Positions 48,949 to 62,513 of a stretch of 64,000 nucleotides of DNA are shown one piece after another (within the stretch, counting starts at the first letter, position 1; every line of letters starts with the position of its first letter). Made by a program: the position numbers and the translations under genes. The DNA is from Psilocybe cubensis (taxonomy: Eukaryota), in NCBI GenBank assembly GCA_017499595.2, contig CM039002.1:2356001-2420000 (forward strand), in the 5' to 3' direction. The notes under the pieces were generated by a model. It was given only the letters and a program-made list of their open reading frames with translations, was not told the DNA's origin and ran no database searches.

Positions 48949-51900
48949 TCAACTACGCCAATACTGAGCAAGGTCATGGAACCGATCAAACACGACGGTA
49001 ATATACGACGTCTCATTGAGCAGGACCTCAAAGTGTTTGATAGCGTCTTCCTCCGTAAGATCGAGCCTGAACTTTTCCTGCAGCTGCTCGTGCACATCGC
49101 GGTGTTTGATGTCCGGAATATTGGCATCCACCATGAGCGTGACCAAGTTGAGAATGAGGTTCGTGCTCTTGCGCAGGATCGTGAACGCGGTAAAGCAAAA
49201 GTTCTTGAAGCGTGCGTAGTGTGGCGATTGCGCGCCGCCCATACCGTCTACCATCTCTTTGCACACTTTGACTTGCGGCGGGAATGGTTTGGGATCGCGA
49301 CCGAAAATGTATCCAAAATCGACTGGTACATTTCAAAAATTAGATATATGCACATAAAGGTGGATGAAACGGCACAAACCATGGAAGAAATGTCCATCAG
49401 TTGTGAGCAGCAGATTGTCCAAATGTCGATCGCCGACTCCAAGGAGGTACGTGACGACACAGTAGCCAGCTAGAAAAGAAAATTTAAAATGCGGTCGAAA
49501 GGCAAGAGAGACGAAGAACACGAAACATACCGCAACTTCTCACAAAGGTGTCAATGACACTAGGCTCAACGCCTGACGTGCCAATACTACCCTCATCCGG
49601 ATGATGCGCCCTCAAATAATTCAACAAGCTCCCATGCTCACTCACAATCGCCGCAATCGTCTTGCTCGGGACAAACTGTACCATCCCCTGACTCTGACCC
49701 GTCGCAAGCACATCAAACGGTGTCAACTTGAGATCGAGATTCTCCTTCCTCAGCAGCTGATCCATGAGCGTGAACAGCTGTATCACCAGCTGGTCCTGGC
49801 GCATATCGTCTCCGTCCTTGAAGATAACCGGGTACTCCCCGCCGTCCGCGCACTGGAAGTACAATAGCAATGGATACATGTTCGATTTAAACACAGTCGA
49901 CTTTTCAGCGATGATGCCCGTCACTTGAATATTGGCGTTGAGCGGCAGGGGTAAAGGTTCCATGGACGCAAGGTTGTTCTTCGAGTCGGAGATGATGGAC
50001 CGTAACTTCTCGATCTTCTTTGGACGCGGGTCTTTCGATGTGCGTAGTTCTTTCGCGCGTTTGGCGAGCGTCTCGATCATGAGGCCTTGACGCCGCATCG
50101 TTTCTCGTCTCTCTGTCCCGTTTTCAGCCTTGAACAGTGTAACTCAATTTTTGGAAATTTGAGATCAAGGAACATCACCACACACCTCTGAAATCTGCTT
50201 CATGTACCTATAGACTACACGTCCGTACATCTTTGCCATAATTCGGTCATCCAACGAGACCTCAACCATCAGGTACCAGTATAACCGGTTTCCAAGTATC
50301 GGATTCGCAACACCTCTGGAAATGAGTAGGTCAGAGAGCCCGCTGTCCTCATATGATATGGCAGTCGTTGTCGATCTCGACGAGCGTTGTTCCGTCACAA
50401 CACTCTCAAACTTGAGAGCCTGCACAAGCTGCAGTAGGTACAGGAGAAGCTCCTAAACATCCCAAACACAACACAAGTCAATAAACCCAGAAACGACGGA
50501 ATAAAGAGCAAAAAGAAATAAAGAAAAAAACTCACATCATCATCCGCCCTACTCAACTGCTTCACCGCAAACGCTCTCACACGCGAATCCACCGTCCCAG
50601 GTCCCAGCAGCTCCAACGCATCATCAGTGTCAATCTCCGTCCACTGCGGCAACAGCTCCTCCACCGCCTGCTTCACCTCCGCCGAGTCCCGCCACGCGAC
50701 CGACTTCAAAAACTTGGTCAAACCCTTCTTATCGCGCGCGAGGTAGAACCGGAATTTCCAGATGAGGTCTTTCTCCTCCGATGTCAGCACTTGACTCGGC
50801 GAGTAGCTCAGGATTAGCTATGATATTTATTAAAATAAATTTGAATTTATGGGTTCATGAGAAGCGATGTGGATAAGAAAGCACGCACCCCTAGCTCGTC
50901 TCGGATGTTCGCGTTGGGCTTCAGTTCCCTATCGTATGGACTGCTTCGATGGCTTCGCACCAGCCTGCGATGTTTATCTTCCACAGGGTTCTCATGTGCG
51001 ATATCTGGATCTACCACACTCCATAAACCGGTATCACTAATGAAGGACGCAGAAATCGAGGGCGTGGCGGGAGGTTGTACAACGGTGGCCAATGTAGAGG
51101 TTGCCGAGGATGTTGTGGCAGCAGCGTCCTGTGTAATGTCATAAAGTAAATTAGAAATACAGCATAAAGAAAAAGGAATGGAATTAGTGTTACACACCCC
51201 GCTCGCTGGCTCGCTGTACACCACCGGAAAATCGAAGCGTGGAAGATCAATGTACAAAAACAAATTGTCCGATTTCTCAGTAGCAGCCTATATTCCAATT
51301 CCAAACAACAGATCCAACGAAATAATCAACAAACTGCATAGAAGAAAACCACAAGACGCGAAAAACGCACAGCGTGTATCTCCTCCATCTTCCGAAATGC
51401 CATTTTATCCAGCCAATCCGACTTGGGCAGGTCGCCGCGCTCATACTTCTTCACAAGCTTCTCTAACCGGCCCATCTCATCCTGCGCCGCAAGCTTGCTT
51501 GGCGTCGTCGTCTCCACCGACCCGTCCGCCTCGACGCCCGGCCACAAAAACAGTCGATGCTTTCCCCGCCTTAGCGTCCTGCATATCACAGTATTCATCA
51601 GAACGCGCTTTAGAAGGAGTACCCAGACACTCAAACGACACTCACGGCTTCTTCCCAAACATCCTGAACGTCGACCCGCCAACGGGGATCGCAGCGCGCG
51701 GGCCACCAATATCCCACACCGTAAACGCAATCTGCGCGCTCAACGGTAGATCACAATATCGAATCGGGAGCGTGATCCACTCGTTCCATCTACACACACA
51801 CACGTCCATCAGATTCGAATGATATTGATATGAATATCAACACGCAGGGGTGAACGATAGGACGTACGTATATGCGTTCTTAAACGCCTTGAACGACGTG

Positions 51901-52472
51901 CGGAAGGGGATCGTCAGCGGCTTGTTATCCGCCACCAGCTGGCACGTCACGTAGAGATCTGAAAGCGTGCTTCATTCAATCAGTTGAGAGTTGTTCTTCC
52001 GTTCTCCAAAATCCCAAATCCAAATCCAAGTTCGAGTCCAATCAAACCCAAGGCTCGCCCACAGACACAAGTGAATGATAAACAGAAGGAGTTGGATATC
52101 GAACGTGGACTGGAATAGGGACGAACAAGACAAAACACAGAAACAGCCACTCACGAAGATTGCACACCATGAAACCTCAACTCAGGCTTCTCCAACAGCT
52201 CCGTGAACGATCGCGGCTTGCGTATACCCTCCAGCTGCGATCTACCCAAAACATAAAGCAGTTAGAATACATAGCACATAGCATATTTGGTGGAGTCTGC
52301 GTGCGTTGACCATTGCCTGTTACGCCCCTAGCGGGCATACACGCATACACGCATACACAGGGCACGCGGCACAGACACAGAAAGACGCATATACTCACAT
52401 TCTGAACGTCACAGGCAGCTTGAGGTCCGAGAGCTTGGCGAACGTAAAGTCGTCGCGGTTGTCTTTATCCAT
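48949..52472 (-). CDS. VPS34: Class III phosphatidylinositol 3-kinase
   Basis: C2 and PIK helical regions; [29 protein letters not shown]-terminal HDLAQYWRS*. Confidence 0.96.
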
Positions 52473-53156
52473 TGGTGCTTAAATGCCTAATCGTGCTCAG
52501 CTCGTATGAGTGTGTATAATAAAGAATTATCCGTCGATGGGTATGAATGGCAGAGCAAAGACAACTCAAGAGCGAAGAGTCAAGAATCGAGCTAAAGCAG
52601 CTAGCAGGTCATGGGCGTTAAGAAGAAGAGAGCAGAGTCACTGGTCGCGGTCCAAAGTCGGAGAGGGGGCGGGTGCGACAAATCCACAACAAAAACGCTC
52701 AATGACACAGTCATCCCATAATTATCCCGCGACTCGCGTTTCCCCCAGACACGATCAAATACGGCAATCTCCAATAAAGTGCTTCACCCTCACCCTCCCT
52801 CAACACTCAACTCAACCACAGTACAATCACCAAGAATATATGAGTTCGTAGGATTGAATCGATTCATTGTACGTAGATGCATGATTAAAAAATAAAAAAA
52901 AGATGTGTAAAAGACAAAGAAAAAAATGTAGTCAAAAAAAACAAGCTTGCGACGACGACATGACGGAGTGTGAGCAAAAAAAGAGGAAAAATTGGTATAC
53001 TGTACAAAAAAGACAAAAGAGGAGTTGGAGGGGGAACTCGTAATAACGTGGTTGCGGTGAGTGCGACTAAATAAAATTGTACTGTTAGGTACATTTTGTG
53101 TAGGTCAAAAACGTCCCAAGTCTCTTTCGCTCAAAAACAAAGAGTTTTACAGCCAT

Positions 53157-54642
53157 TTACTCGGATTCAGGCTTGTAGTCGGGGCGCAGTGATCGCACAG
53201 TTTTGCCTGTAACGATAAAGAGATTGAGAACGAAAACAAGAAAAGTTGAAACGATAAACACGTACCGGCACGCCAGATCTCCTGGTTGTTGATCACCTCG
53301 AGCTCCTTGGCGAGGTCCTCGCGGTAGGTAGCGCGTCCATTGAACTCGAGAGACTTGCGAGTCTCAGTTCCGTTCCTCACGCTCTCGTAAAGCTGCTCAA
53401 AGATGGGGACATTGGCCTTCTCGAAGATAGGGGCCCAGTCAAGAGCTCCGCGACGAGCGGTGGTAGAGCAGGCGTTGAACATGTAGTCCATACTGAATAA
53501 AAAAACGCGTTAATCTCCGAAAAACGCGTGGAAAGCAAAAAATACACTTACCCCTTGGCACCGATGAGAGGGTAAAGGGACTGAGTGGCCTCCTCGACAG
53601 TCTCGTTGAAAGCTTCTGATGGGGAGTGTCCGTTCTTGCGGAGAACCTGGTACTGGGCCAAGAAGAGTCCCTGGATGCCTCCCATGAGCTAAAAAAAAAA
53701 GCGCACAAAAAGTTTAGCCGAACAAGATTAAAAAATCATTCAGAAAAATTGAACTTACGACACCACGCTCGCCGTAAAGGTCAGAGTACACCTCCTTCTC
53801 GAAGGTGGTCTCGTAGAGGTATCCGGAGCCAACGGCAACACCGAGGGCAATGGCCTTCTCCTTGGCCTTGCCAGTCACGTCCTGCCAAACGGCAATAGAC
53901 GAGTTGATACCACGTCCCTCCTTGAAAAGAGTGCGGACGGTGCGTCCAGAGCCCTTGGGGGCAACAAGGATAACATCAACGTCAGGAGGGGGAATAACAT
54001 GGGTGTCGTCCTTGTACACCACGGAGAAACCATGGGAGAAGTAGAGAGTCTTGCCCTTGGTGATGAGGGGCTTGAGCTGGGGCCAAGTCTGGCTCTGGGC
54101 GGCGTCGGACAAAAGGTTCATGATGATAGTGCCGCGGTTGATGGCCTCCTCGATAGGGAAAAGGGTCTCGCCGGGGACCCATCCGTCCTCCATCGCCTGC
54201 CTCCAGCTCTCGCCGTCCTTGCGGACACCGACGATGACGTTGAGGCCGTTGTCGCGGGCGTTGAGGCCCTGGCCGTGTCCCTGGGAACCGTAGCCGATGA
54301 GAGCGAGAGTATCGTTCTTGAAGTAATCCTGGAGTTTGGCGAGGGGCCAGTCGCTACGCTCATAGACGGTCTCCTTGGTGCCTGCAAAGTCGAGGGTCTT
54401 GACACCGCGCGCACCCTGCTCACAGAAAAAAAAAACGTGTCTTAGACGCCGCACACGAACAATTCGCTGGCAAAGACACGACTCACCTGGGGGTTGGCGC
54501 AGTGGGCAGCCTTGGCAGCAGCGGCCTTGGTAAGGAGAGAGTAGGAGGCTGCCTTTGTGGTGTTGGCGGCTGCGAGGGCTCTGGGAGCACGACGAGAGGC
54601 AGCGCGGAGGGCCGTTGAGGCAGAGCGAGCAAAGGAGGCCAT
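53157..54642 (-). CDS. ILV5: Ketol-acid reductoisomerase, mitochondrial
   Basis: GYGSQGHGQGLN, VAPKGSGRTVR, EVYSDLYGERG, ACSTTARRGALDW. Confidence 0.96.
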
Positions 54643-54826
54643 GGTGGATAGAGCGAGACAAGTGAGGGTTGTTCCAGCTCTCCAACTTTTTTTATTTAAT
54701 AGCGCCCGCCCCAGTTTCATTCGGCCGACCCAACCGATATGTCGAGATCAAGCCGACTCCGGTTCCTCCGATGCGCCTTACGCGAATCCGAAAGCCTGCC
54801 TTCGCTGTTAGTGCCCGCCACACATC

Positions 54827-54832
54827 GAGTCA
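54827..54832 (-). promoter_or_regulatory. Possible Gcn4/CpcA element TGACTC upstream of ILV5
   Basis: ATGACTC on the minus strand ~185 bp upstream of the ATG of an amino-acid biosynthesis gene; a short motif that may occur by chance. Confidence 0.3.
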
Positions 54833-55037
54833 TAATCCACTCGGGTCTTGCTCGGTAATAGGTATCAAGAATTGTCAGTAGGATATACAAATGTACAACA
54901 TGAAATGTAATGTGAGGGTATATACAAAAGTCTACATGAAGTGTTGAGCATAGCAGAAAACAAAAAACAAAAGACCACCAAAAAAAATCTAAAAAAACAT
55001 AACCCCTAACTTAACACACCCCTAAATCCAAATCTCT

Positions 55038-58000
55038 TTACCTCTTCTTTTTCTTCTTCTTCGCCTTTTCCGTGACAAGCGTCGTCGTCGTCGACCCAAT
55101 CTTCGCATTCATCTGCGTATTCAGCGTCGTGTTCATATCAAACCCATCGTCGTTCTCATCCTCCAGGTCAGGTACAGTAGGCACAGGCATCGTCACCGGC
55201 GGCGCAGGCATCTGAATAGGCGTGCCCATAGGCGGCGCGCCATATATCGACCCCGGCCTCACCCCACCCCCACCACTACCCGCAACACCAGGAAGATCCC
55301 TCGCAGACATCGCAGGCGTTGCTCCTCCCAAACTCGCCCACCCAGGCCCAGGCGTGCCCAGCGGTCTAACCGACCCCGCCGGCGAGCGCGGGAACATCGG
55401 CGGCGGACCTCCTCCTCCTCCCTCACCATCCCTCAGAGGATTACCATACTTGCCTGAATTCGACATCGGCGGGATCACAGGCGCTGGCTGGCCCATCGAC
55501 GGCAAGTCAGTTGTACCCGGCCACACCGGCGTCGATATGCCATTCCTGTCAGTCAATGTCTGCGGCACGAATCCAGGCGGGAGTGGTCCGTTCAACACAA
55601 CGGGCGTGTTGGGCTGCGTAGGTACATCGCCATTGCCCCCGTTCCTCCTCCTAGGTTGACTCTTCGGCTGCGTCTGCGGCGGCAGCGCCGATGTTCGGTG
55701 GTTCGGACTGAGGTAGAAGCCTCCATCCTGTTCTTGCACAGTCGCACTTAACAGCGAGGGCGATCGTGACTAAGAAAGAAAAGTATGAGCTAACGTGATG
55801 CTTTAAATGACAGTTACACGTACAGGAGGGTGAATGTGAGCAGTCCACGACCCATTACTTCCCATACGATCTAGCGGTCGTGGCTTATTTGCACTGAGCA
55901 TATTCGGATCTGTCCAAGAGCCAAAATTGTTCCCATCTGGCGGGTCCAGCATGCTATTCGGCGTGTTGACTGTAGGCCAACCAGGGATCTATTCAAAAAG
56001 TAACAACAAAATTCATTAACGATTATTGCACTAGAAGAGAAAACTCAACGTACGCCTCCAGCGTCGGACGTTATATTCGGAACCTCTGCAGAAGGCCAGC
56101 GAGGGGACTTGAAGAAGGAAGATATAGGTAAGCGTTCGCATACGTAAAAACCATAACTTACTGCACCACCGAGATTGGCATTACCACCTCTAGGAGTCGC
56201 GAAATTAGGTACTTCGGCTGCAGGCCATGAAGGAGTCTAAAACAGCGCATACAGTCAACCTCCAAACACTATAAAAGCAAGGTAGGGAAAATACTAACAG
56301 CAGCATTTCCTCCAGGGCCAAAGGTAGGCACCTCAGCAGTAGGGAATCCAAACTACCAGAAAAATTAGCTTTTCATTAACACCTAGAAGAGACAACAGGC
56401 GTACTCCACCACCGCTATTGCTGCCCCCAGACATCGACGCGCCTCCCTTGGGTACAATATTCGGTATCTCAGGTGTCGGAATCCCAACCGCCGAGCCAGA
56501 CTATTAAAAAAAGAAAATGACAAGACATCAGCCCTTAAAACATCCTCTCATCCCATCCCACCTCCAAGCAGACACTCACCCGAGACTTTGACCTTCCACC
56601 CTTCCCCATCCCTCTGGGCGTCTCACCGCCAAACGTCGGCACTTCCGCCGTCGGGAACCCAACACTTCCAGCTGCGCTGCCCGCTCTGCCTCCCTTCGGT
56701 ACGATGTCAGGGATCACTGGCGTCGGCATCCCTCCACCACTAGCGCTGCTCGTCGCGCGTCCGCCTTTAGGTACGATGTTCGGTATTGCGGGCGTCGGCA
56801 TCATAGAAGTCGAAGTCGTGCTGGCAGCCTACAGATATACATATTTAATGAGTATTGCAAAAAAAGAATGAGGAAGCAGAGGCGAAGACATACGCGAGAT
56901 CCAGGTCGGCCGTTTTTGCCCCCGCCCATATAGTTCGGGATATCAGGTTGCGGGAACATACCACCTCCAGCACCAACTGAGCCGCCGCTTGGACTTGGCC
57001 CGCCCTTGGGTATAATATCTGGTATCTCGGGTGCAGGCATCGCGTGCTACGTACAATAACCAGATTAAACCCCAAGTATCAACACAGAGAGAAAAAAAAC
57101 ACGTACACCTCCAGAAGTAACGCCCTTCGGTATAATATTTGGGATCTCGGGCTCAGGCATATTGAAAGTTTCCTATAAACATTCACGTTAGATATATGTA
57201 AGAAAAAAGATACAGTAAACTTACGCCAACGCTGCTAGTACCAGCCCCGCGTGGAGGTGGGATGATCATCGGTACTTCAGCAGTGGGGTACGCAGGGCCA
57301 GGACCAGGCGTGCCTGTACTAGGGTAAACAGGACCAGGACCAGGCGTATCCATACCCGCAACGCCTTTGGGTACGATGTTGGGTATGTTGACTTCAGGCA
57401 TGCTGAACGCGGCCTAAAATAAACGTAACAACAAAGGTTAGGTTAGTAAGGCAAAAGAAATACAAGATAAAAAGTTGAATAAAGTAGATGAAAATGAGGC
57501 ATAGAACATGGGTAACAAAAAACCAAACGAAGAAGAGAAAAACATACTGCACCACCTGGACTGGGACCTCCTCGAGGAACGATGTTTGGAATCTCAGGCT
57601 GAGGGAATGCTGCACCTCCTCCAGGGGTCGGCGCACCTCCACCACCTCGAGGTACAATATTCGGGATACTAGGCGTCGGATACTCCGGCCCTCCTGCTGC
57701 AGAACCAACGCTCCCCGACATGGACCCTCCCATTCCTCTCGGAATAATATTTGGTATCTCAGGTTGTGGGAACACTGCACCACCACCTCCTCCTCCGGGC
57801 GTATGTGTACCCATTCCTCGTGGTATGATCTCCGGTACCTCAGGCTGCGGGAATCCTCCCCCTCCTCCTGCCCCTGCCGACGAGCCAACGGACCCTGACA
57901 TTCCTCGAGGAACAATATTTGGAATCTCGGGTTGCGGAAACGCTGCACCACCCCCTGGAGTCGGCGCGCCTCCTCGCGGAATGATCTCTGGCACTTCGGG

Positions 58001-60566
58001 TTGTGGGAACGATGCGCCTGGTGTGGGTGCACCTCCATGCCCTCGAGGAATGATTTGCGGGATATCAGGATTCGGAAACGCGATCTGCTTTTATACAGAA
58101 AGAGGAGACACAAAAAGTGGGCAAAATGGGATAAGATGCAATCCGTAAGTGCCTGCTTTTTGCCATGACACAAAAAAAGAGACAGAAGAAAAAACCGAAA
58201 AGGGGAAGAGAGAGAAACAAGGGCGAGATATTGTAGGATAAAGTAGGAAATAAAAAATGAACACTCACCCCTCCTGCTCCTGCTGCTTGCCGCCCAGGAT
58301 CAACAATATTCGGCACCTCTGCACTAGGGAATGCAATCCCTCCTCCACCACCCATACCTTGAGGTACAATGTTCGGTATGCTTGGTTCAGGGAAGGACGT
58401 ACCCGGAGGCGCACCCCACCCGCTGCGAATGCTCGCATCCTCCGGTATAACCCCCAATTCACCCCTGTCGCTCCTACCCTCGCCTGGGAACTGGAGGATG
58501 TCGAACTGCATCGTGGACGCAGAGCTCGATAGGGAGTCGCGCCGTCCATGTCCGTGGCGCGAGGAGCCGGTGCGTGGTACGGAGGGCATGACAATGGGTT
58601 GAGGCATAGAGCCAGACGCACTGCCTGCTGTCCCTGCGAACGCAGCGTTGCTCCCTGGGAAGGGTGATAACGAGGGCACGGATGGTACGGGCATACCCAC
58701 TCCACCTTGCGGTGGTGGTGGCATAGGGAAGTACGGCTGCGATTTGTAGTCGTGCTGTGTCTTCAGCCCTACGGCTGGCGACATGCTCGCGCTGTGATTG
58801 CTTCCCGACATCGACGACGCCCCCACGGCGGCACTGAACCCAGCCAGGCGCGCAGCTTCGACCGCCGCATCGCGCTCCCTCTCCGCCCGCTCATCCTTCT
58901 CCCGTTCCCGCTCCGCCCGTTCCCGCTCGCGCTGCGCCTGTACATCGTGCTCATGTGTCATTTCCTCCTCGAGATGTCGTGCACGCGCGCGCTCGCGCTC
59001 GACCTCCTCTCTTGCACGAGCTTCCGCAGCAGCCTTCTCCTGCTCTACACGCTCTTTTTCTTGAAGGATTGCGAGCTTCTCGCGCTCGGTTTCCTCTGTG
59101 AGACGACGTTTCTCAGATGCAGCACGACGGAGTGTTTCTTCCTCCCTCCTCCTCAACTCTTCCTTCTCTCTTTCGGTCTCCTTCACCTTGTTGCGTACAC
59201 CTTCCATCTCGGCTTCCACTCTCCTCTTATCATCTTCAATCCTCCTCTTCTCCTCCTGTACCCGCTGTTTCTCTTCCTCCACCCGCTTCCGCGCTTCCTC
59301 TGCCGCCTTCTTCTCCCTTTCAGCGCGCAACAGGTCTTCACGTAAGGCGCGCAGTTCCCGCTCAAGCCGCTTGTTCTTCTCGCGCTCTTTATCGAGCTGT
59401 CGTTCGGACTCGTTGAGCTGCATCTTGGTGCGCAGCGCCTCAGCCTCATACCCACGCGCAAGCTCGCTCTTGGTCCGCTCGAGCTCATACTCATGCTGTA
59501 GGAGTGGGATGCTGGGTACAGGGGGTGGAGCTGCAGATTTGCGGGAACGGGAGGTATCGGATCCCTTCTTTGCTTTCTCTTTTCGTTCGAGCTCCGCGGC
59601 GGCGGCGGCGGCTTCTTCTTCAGCAGCGGCGGCGGCGAGGGCTGCCTCTTGCTGGATGCGGCCTTGGCGCAGACCTTCTTCGAACCCTTCACGACGACCC
59701 TCCTCGCGCGCTTGTAGGACGACGTTTTTCTCCTTGAGCTGACGGGCGGTGGACCGTGCACGAACAAGAGCACCGTCTAGCTCGTCCCGCTCCGCTTCAA
59801 CAGCACGCACGCGCTCATTTGCACGGCGGCTGGCCCACTCGTCAGACAACAGATGTATTGATAGACAGATAAATAGACTCACAGATTCTTCTCCAAGTTC
59901 TCCGCCTTGAGTTTCCATATCGCCGTGTCCTCTTTCGCTCGCATGGCCTCCCCTTGCGTATCCAAGATAGCTTTCGTCGTCTTGCTCCCTGATACCCGCA
60001 CCTCCTCCTCCAGCGCCCTTCGCCCTTCCTCCTCACGGCTCAGTCGCTCCTGCAGCGCCTCGACCTGGAGTATCGCTCCCGCAAGGAGATGCTTTGCCTC
60101 TTTGTAATCATGCTCTTTGTAGATAAGCGCGCGGACGAGGGAGTCATGGGATGTATTCGCAAGCGCTCGTTCGCGCTCCTTGCGGACGGCCGAGGACGGG
60201 CCCGTGCGTGACTGTGATTTTCCAGCAGAGCGGGAGTAGGAGGTGTTTGGGGTGCTGTTGTGATTGTTTGAAGAAGAGGTTTGAGCAAGCGGTGGTGCGA
60301 TGGTCCGTGAGACGGCGGTGCGATCGCGATCAGTGTGGTCACGATGGCGGTGGCGAGACTTTTGAGGCTTCACGGGGGAAGGTGAAGGCGGCGTTTGGGC
60401 AGAGTCGGAGGTGGGCGGTTGGACGCTGACATGGGCGTAGAATGTATCTGGTGAATCTGGGGCGTATCTAGTTGTGTACGGTCAGAAAAGTTAAGAAATG
60501 CAGGCAAAGATGAACGACAAACTGTTGATTAGGATTAGTATAACTGAAATAGTCGCCCGAAGGCAT
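55038..60566 (-). CDS. Large low-complexity protein: long coiled coil plus ~20 (F/M/W)PxPE(I/V)PxI(I/V)P(R/K)G repeats
   Basis: Consecutive GT-AG-bounded minus-strand exons; E/R/K-rich ORF 58065-59918; ends KKKKKKR*. Confidence 0.75.
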
Positions 60567-60599
60567 GTCTAATGAAGAGTGAGTGAATGCAGAGGACCG

Positions 60600-62060
60600 A
60601 TCAGGAAGTATACACACCTTCTGAGCGCATAGCTACAGTCTAGGAAGCATTGTGGGCAGAGCACCGAACAGTGGGAACAGTGCCATTGTAATCCGACCCT
60701 GAATACTCGGGAACTTGCGCTTGCAAACTCGGCACAACAACTCCGGAGCTTTTGCACAAAATTTGAAACACCGACGATTGAGGTTCCGTCCCTTTCCTCT
60801 GGACTCCCTATCATAGTTCCAGTGTGTCATAATATTGCAGAAATTGATAATTTGACCTTACGAGAAGCGAAATGAGTTCAACGCTGCATAGAATGACTCC
60901 CAAAGTTTGAAAATCGATGGTGTAACTTTGTTTGCCGGACGCGTTCTTCGTGATCCGAATGTTGCCGTCCACACCTTCAACGTTTGAGCTTGAGTGGACC
61001 CTGACAGGGACCCTGTACATACATGTTTTAACTCGGACATGAGCTTCGCTGAAATGAAAGAACATTGTTAGTATGAATATCATAGGAGACTCTTCTCTTA
61101 CTCTTCTCAGAAGAGTACGCATATATGGGGCATGTGGAATGCTTCCTGAGTCAATATATGCGCGGCTTTCTTCCCAAAAACCTGGACCATCTGCTTCGAA
61201 CGATAACCACATCAAATCTCTTCACATAATGAAAAGGGCAGCTATCGTCAAGGAAGGCGACTCCTGCATTCCATAGGCATATTCTAATACGTTCCAAATA
61301 CCCTTTAATGCCATTCAGCTTCCAGGAATTGAGATCATACGTGCGCATATAATGATGTATCTGGATGTTATTAGGTTCGAGATCTGGCGGTCTGTCGTGG
61401 CGTGTATATACGGAGCGTAAATTTGGGTGTCTGGTATTAGGCTGTTATCCATAATAAAACCCGCATATCTGGGAGGGAGATGGTGGGTCAACGAGAAGGA
61501 GTAAAGCTAGAGAGCGAGTTCATTTTTTCTCGGAAAACTCCGACTACCAGCGGGGTCTGAACTAGAAATTATTGTCCCACGGTCCTCGTCCGTGGTACTC
61601 GACAGCCTCAGACTCAATACATATGTTGCAAGTATGTTGGGGTTTGTATTCGATGTGACGATTCTCTTTGAACCGCTTGAATTCAAACGTGAAGGGGAGT
61701 TAATAAGACTATGGTCCAATTAAATCCTCTTACTGACTCTGGAATATCTAGAATACTACCGATTTATCTCTTGCTTGGATCTGTCGATGACGATCTTTAG
61801 TGTCCATTCCGACACTCATCAGATCTTATTTTTCAGATTACCTTTCCGGATTATATTTTTATGTCTCCAGAGTTGCCTCTACTGAACTTTGTTCCAACAA
61901 TATCCAAATGAAACTACATTGGCTCTCGTTGATAATTACGTGCGGTCGCATTTTTCAAATATTAATCAGGACTTGAAGTTCAGACCTCAACATATTCCTT
62001 TGAGGCCTTTGATAATTTGTAGGTTTATCTATCACTTACTCTCGTTTTATTCTCATTCAT
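60600..62060 (-). CDS. Possible multi-exon hypothetical gene or relic; structure unresolved
   Basis: Several minus-strand ORF pieces with plausible splice signals and a Cys-rich end; no recognisable domain. Confidence 0.3.
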
Positions 62061-62513
62061 GACAGTCGCTACTCATCTGGTGTTTGTATTCGCTTTAATA
62101 TTTCATGTAAGCCTGCTACATCAATATGAAAGCATCCGAGCCAGTGGAGAGAGCTTGTATAGACAACTCGACTTACATACATAATCATTTCTTGAGGTTG
62201 AAGGTTTGCTCGAGTTTTAGATGACTTGCATCATGATTACGAGGACAAAATTGAGAAAAATGAGACTAATAACTCACTCATGTGTTCATCGAAAGCTCGT
62301 TCAATATATCCAAGACCCAAATTTTCATTGGCTAAATTCCAGAATCGTCCGGTTGTCAACATCAGTTTAAACTTGACTTTTGGTTATACCAGTCCCGTCC
62401 TGGTCAGTGGTGTGTTATTATAAAACTCCCGAATGCAAATTACAATGGGTTAGGGTTAGGAAAGGAACGATGCCGAAGCCGGAAAATGGAAAACGTTTTC
62501 CAAAGCACTCATC

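Noticed and set aside
62447-62460. GGGTTAGGGTTAGG upstream of the dioxygenase gene
   Set aside because: Only about two telomere-like units; too short to interpret.
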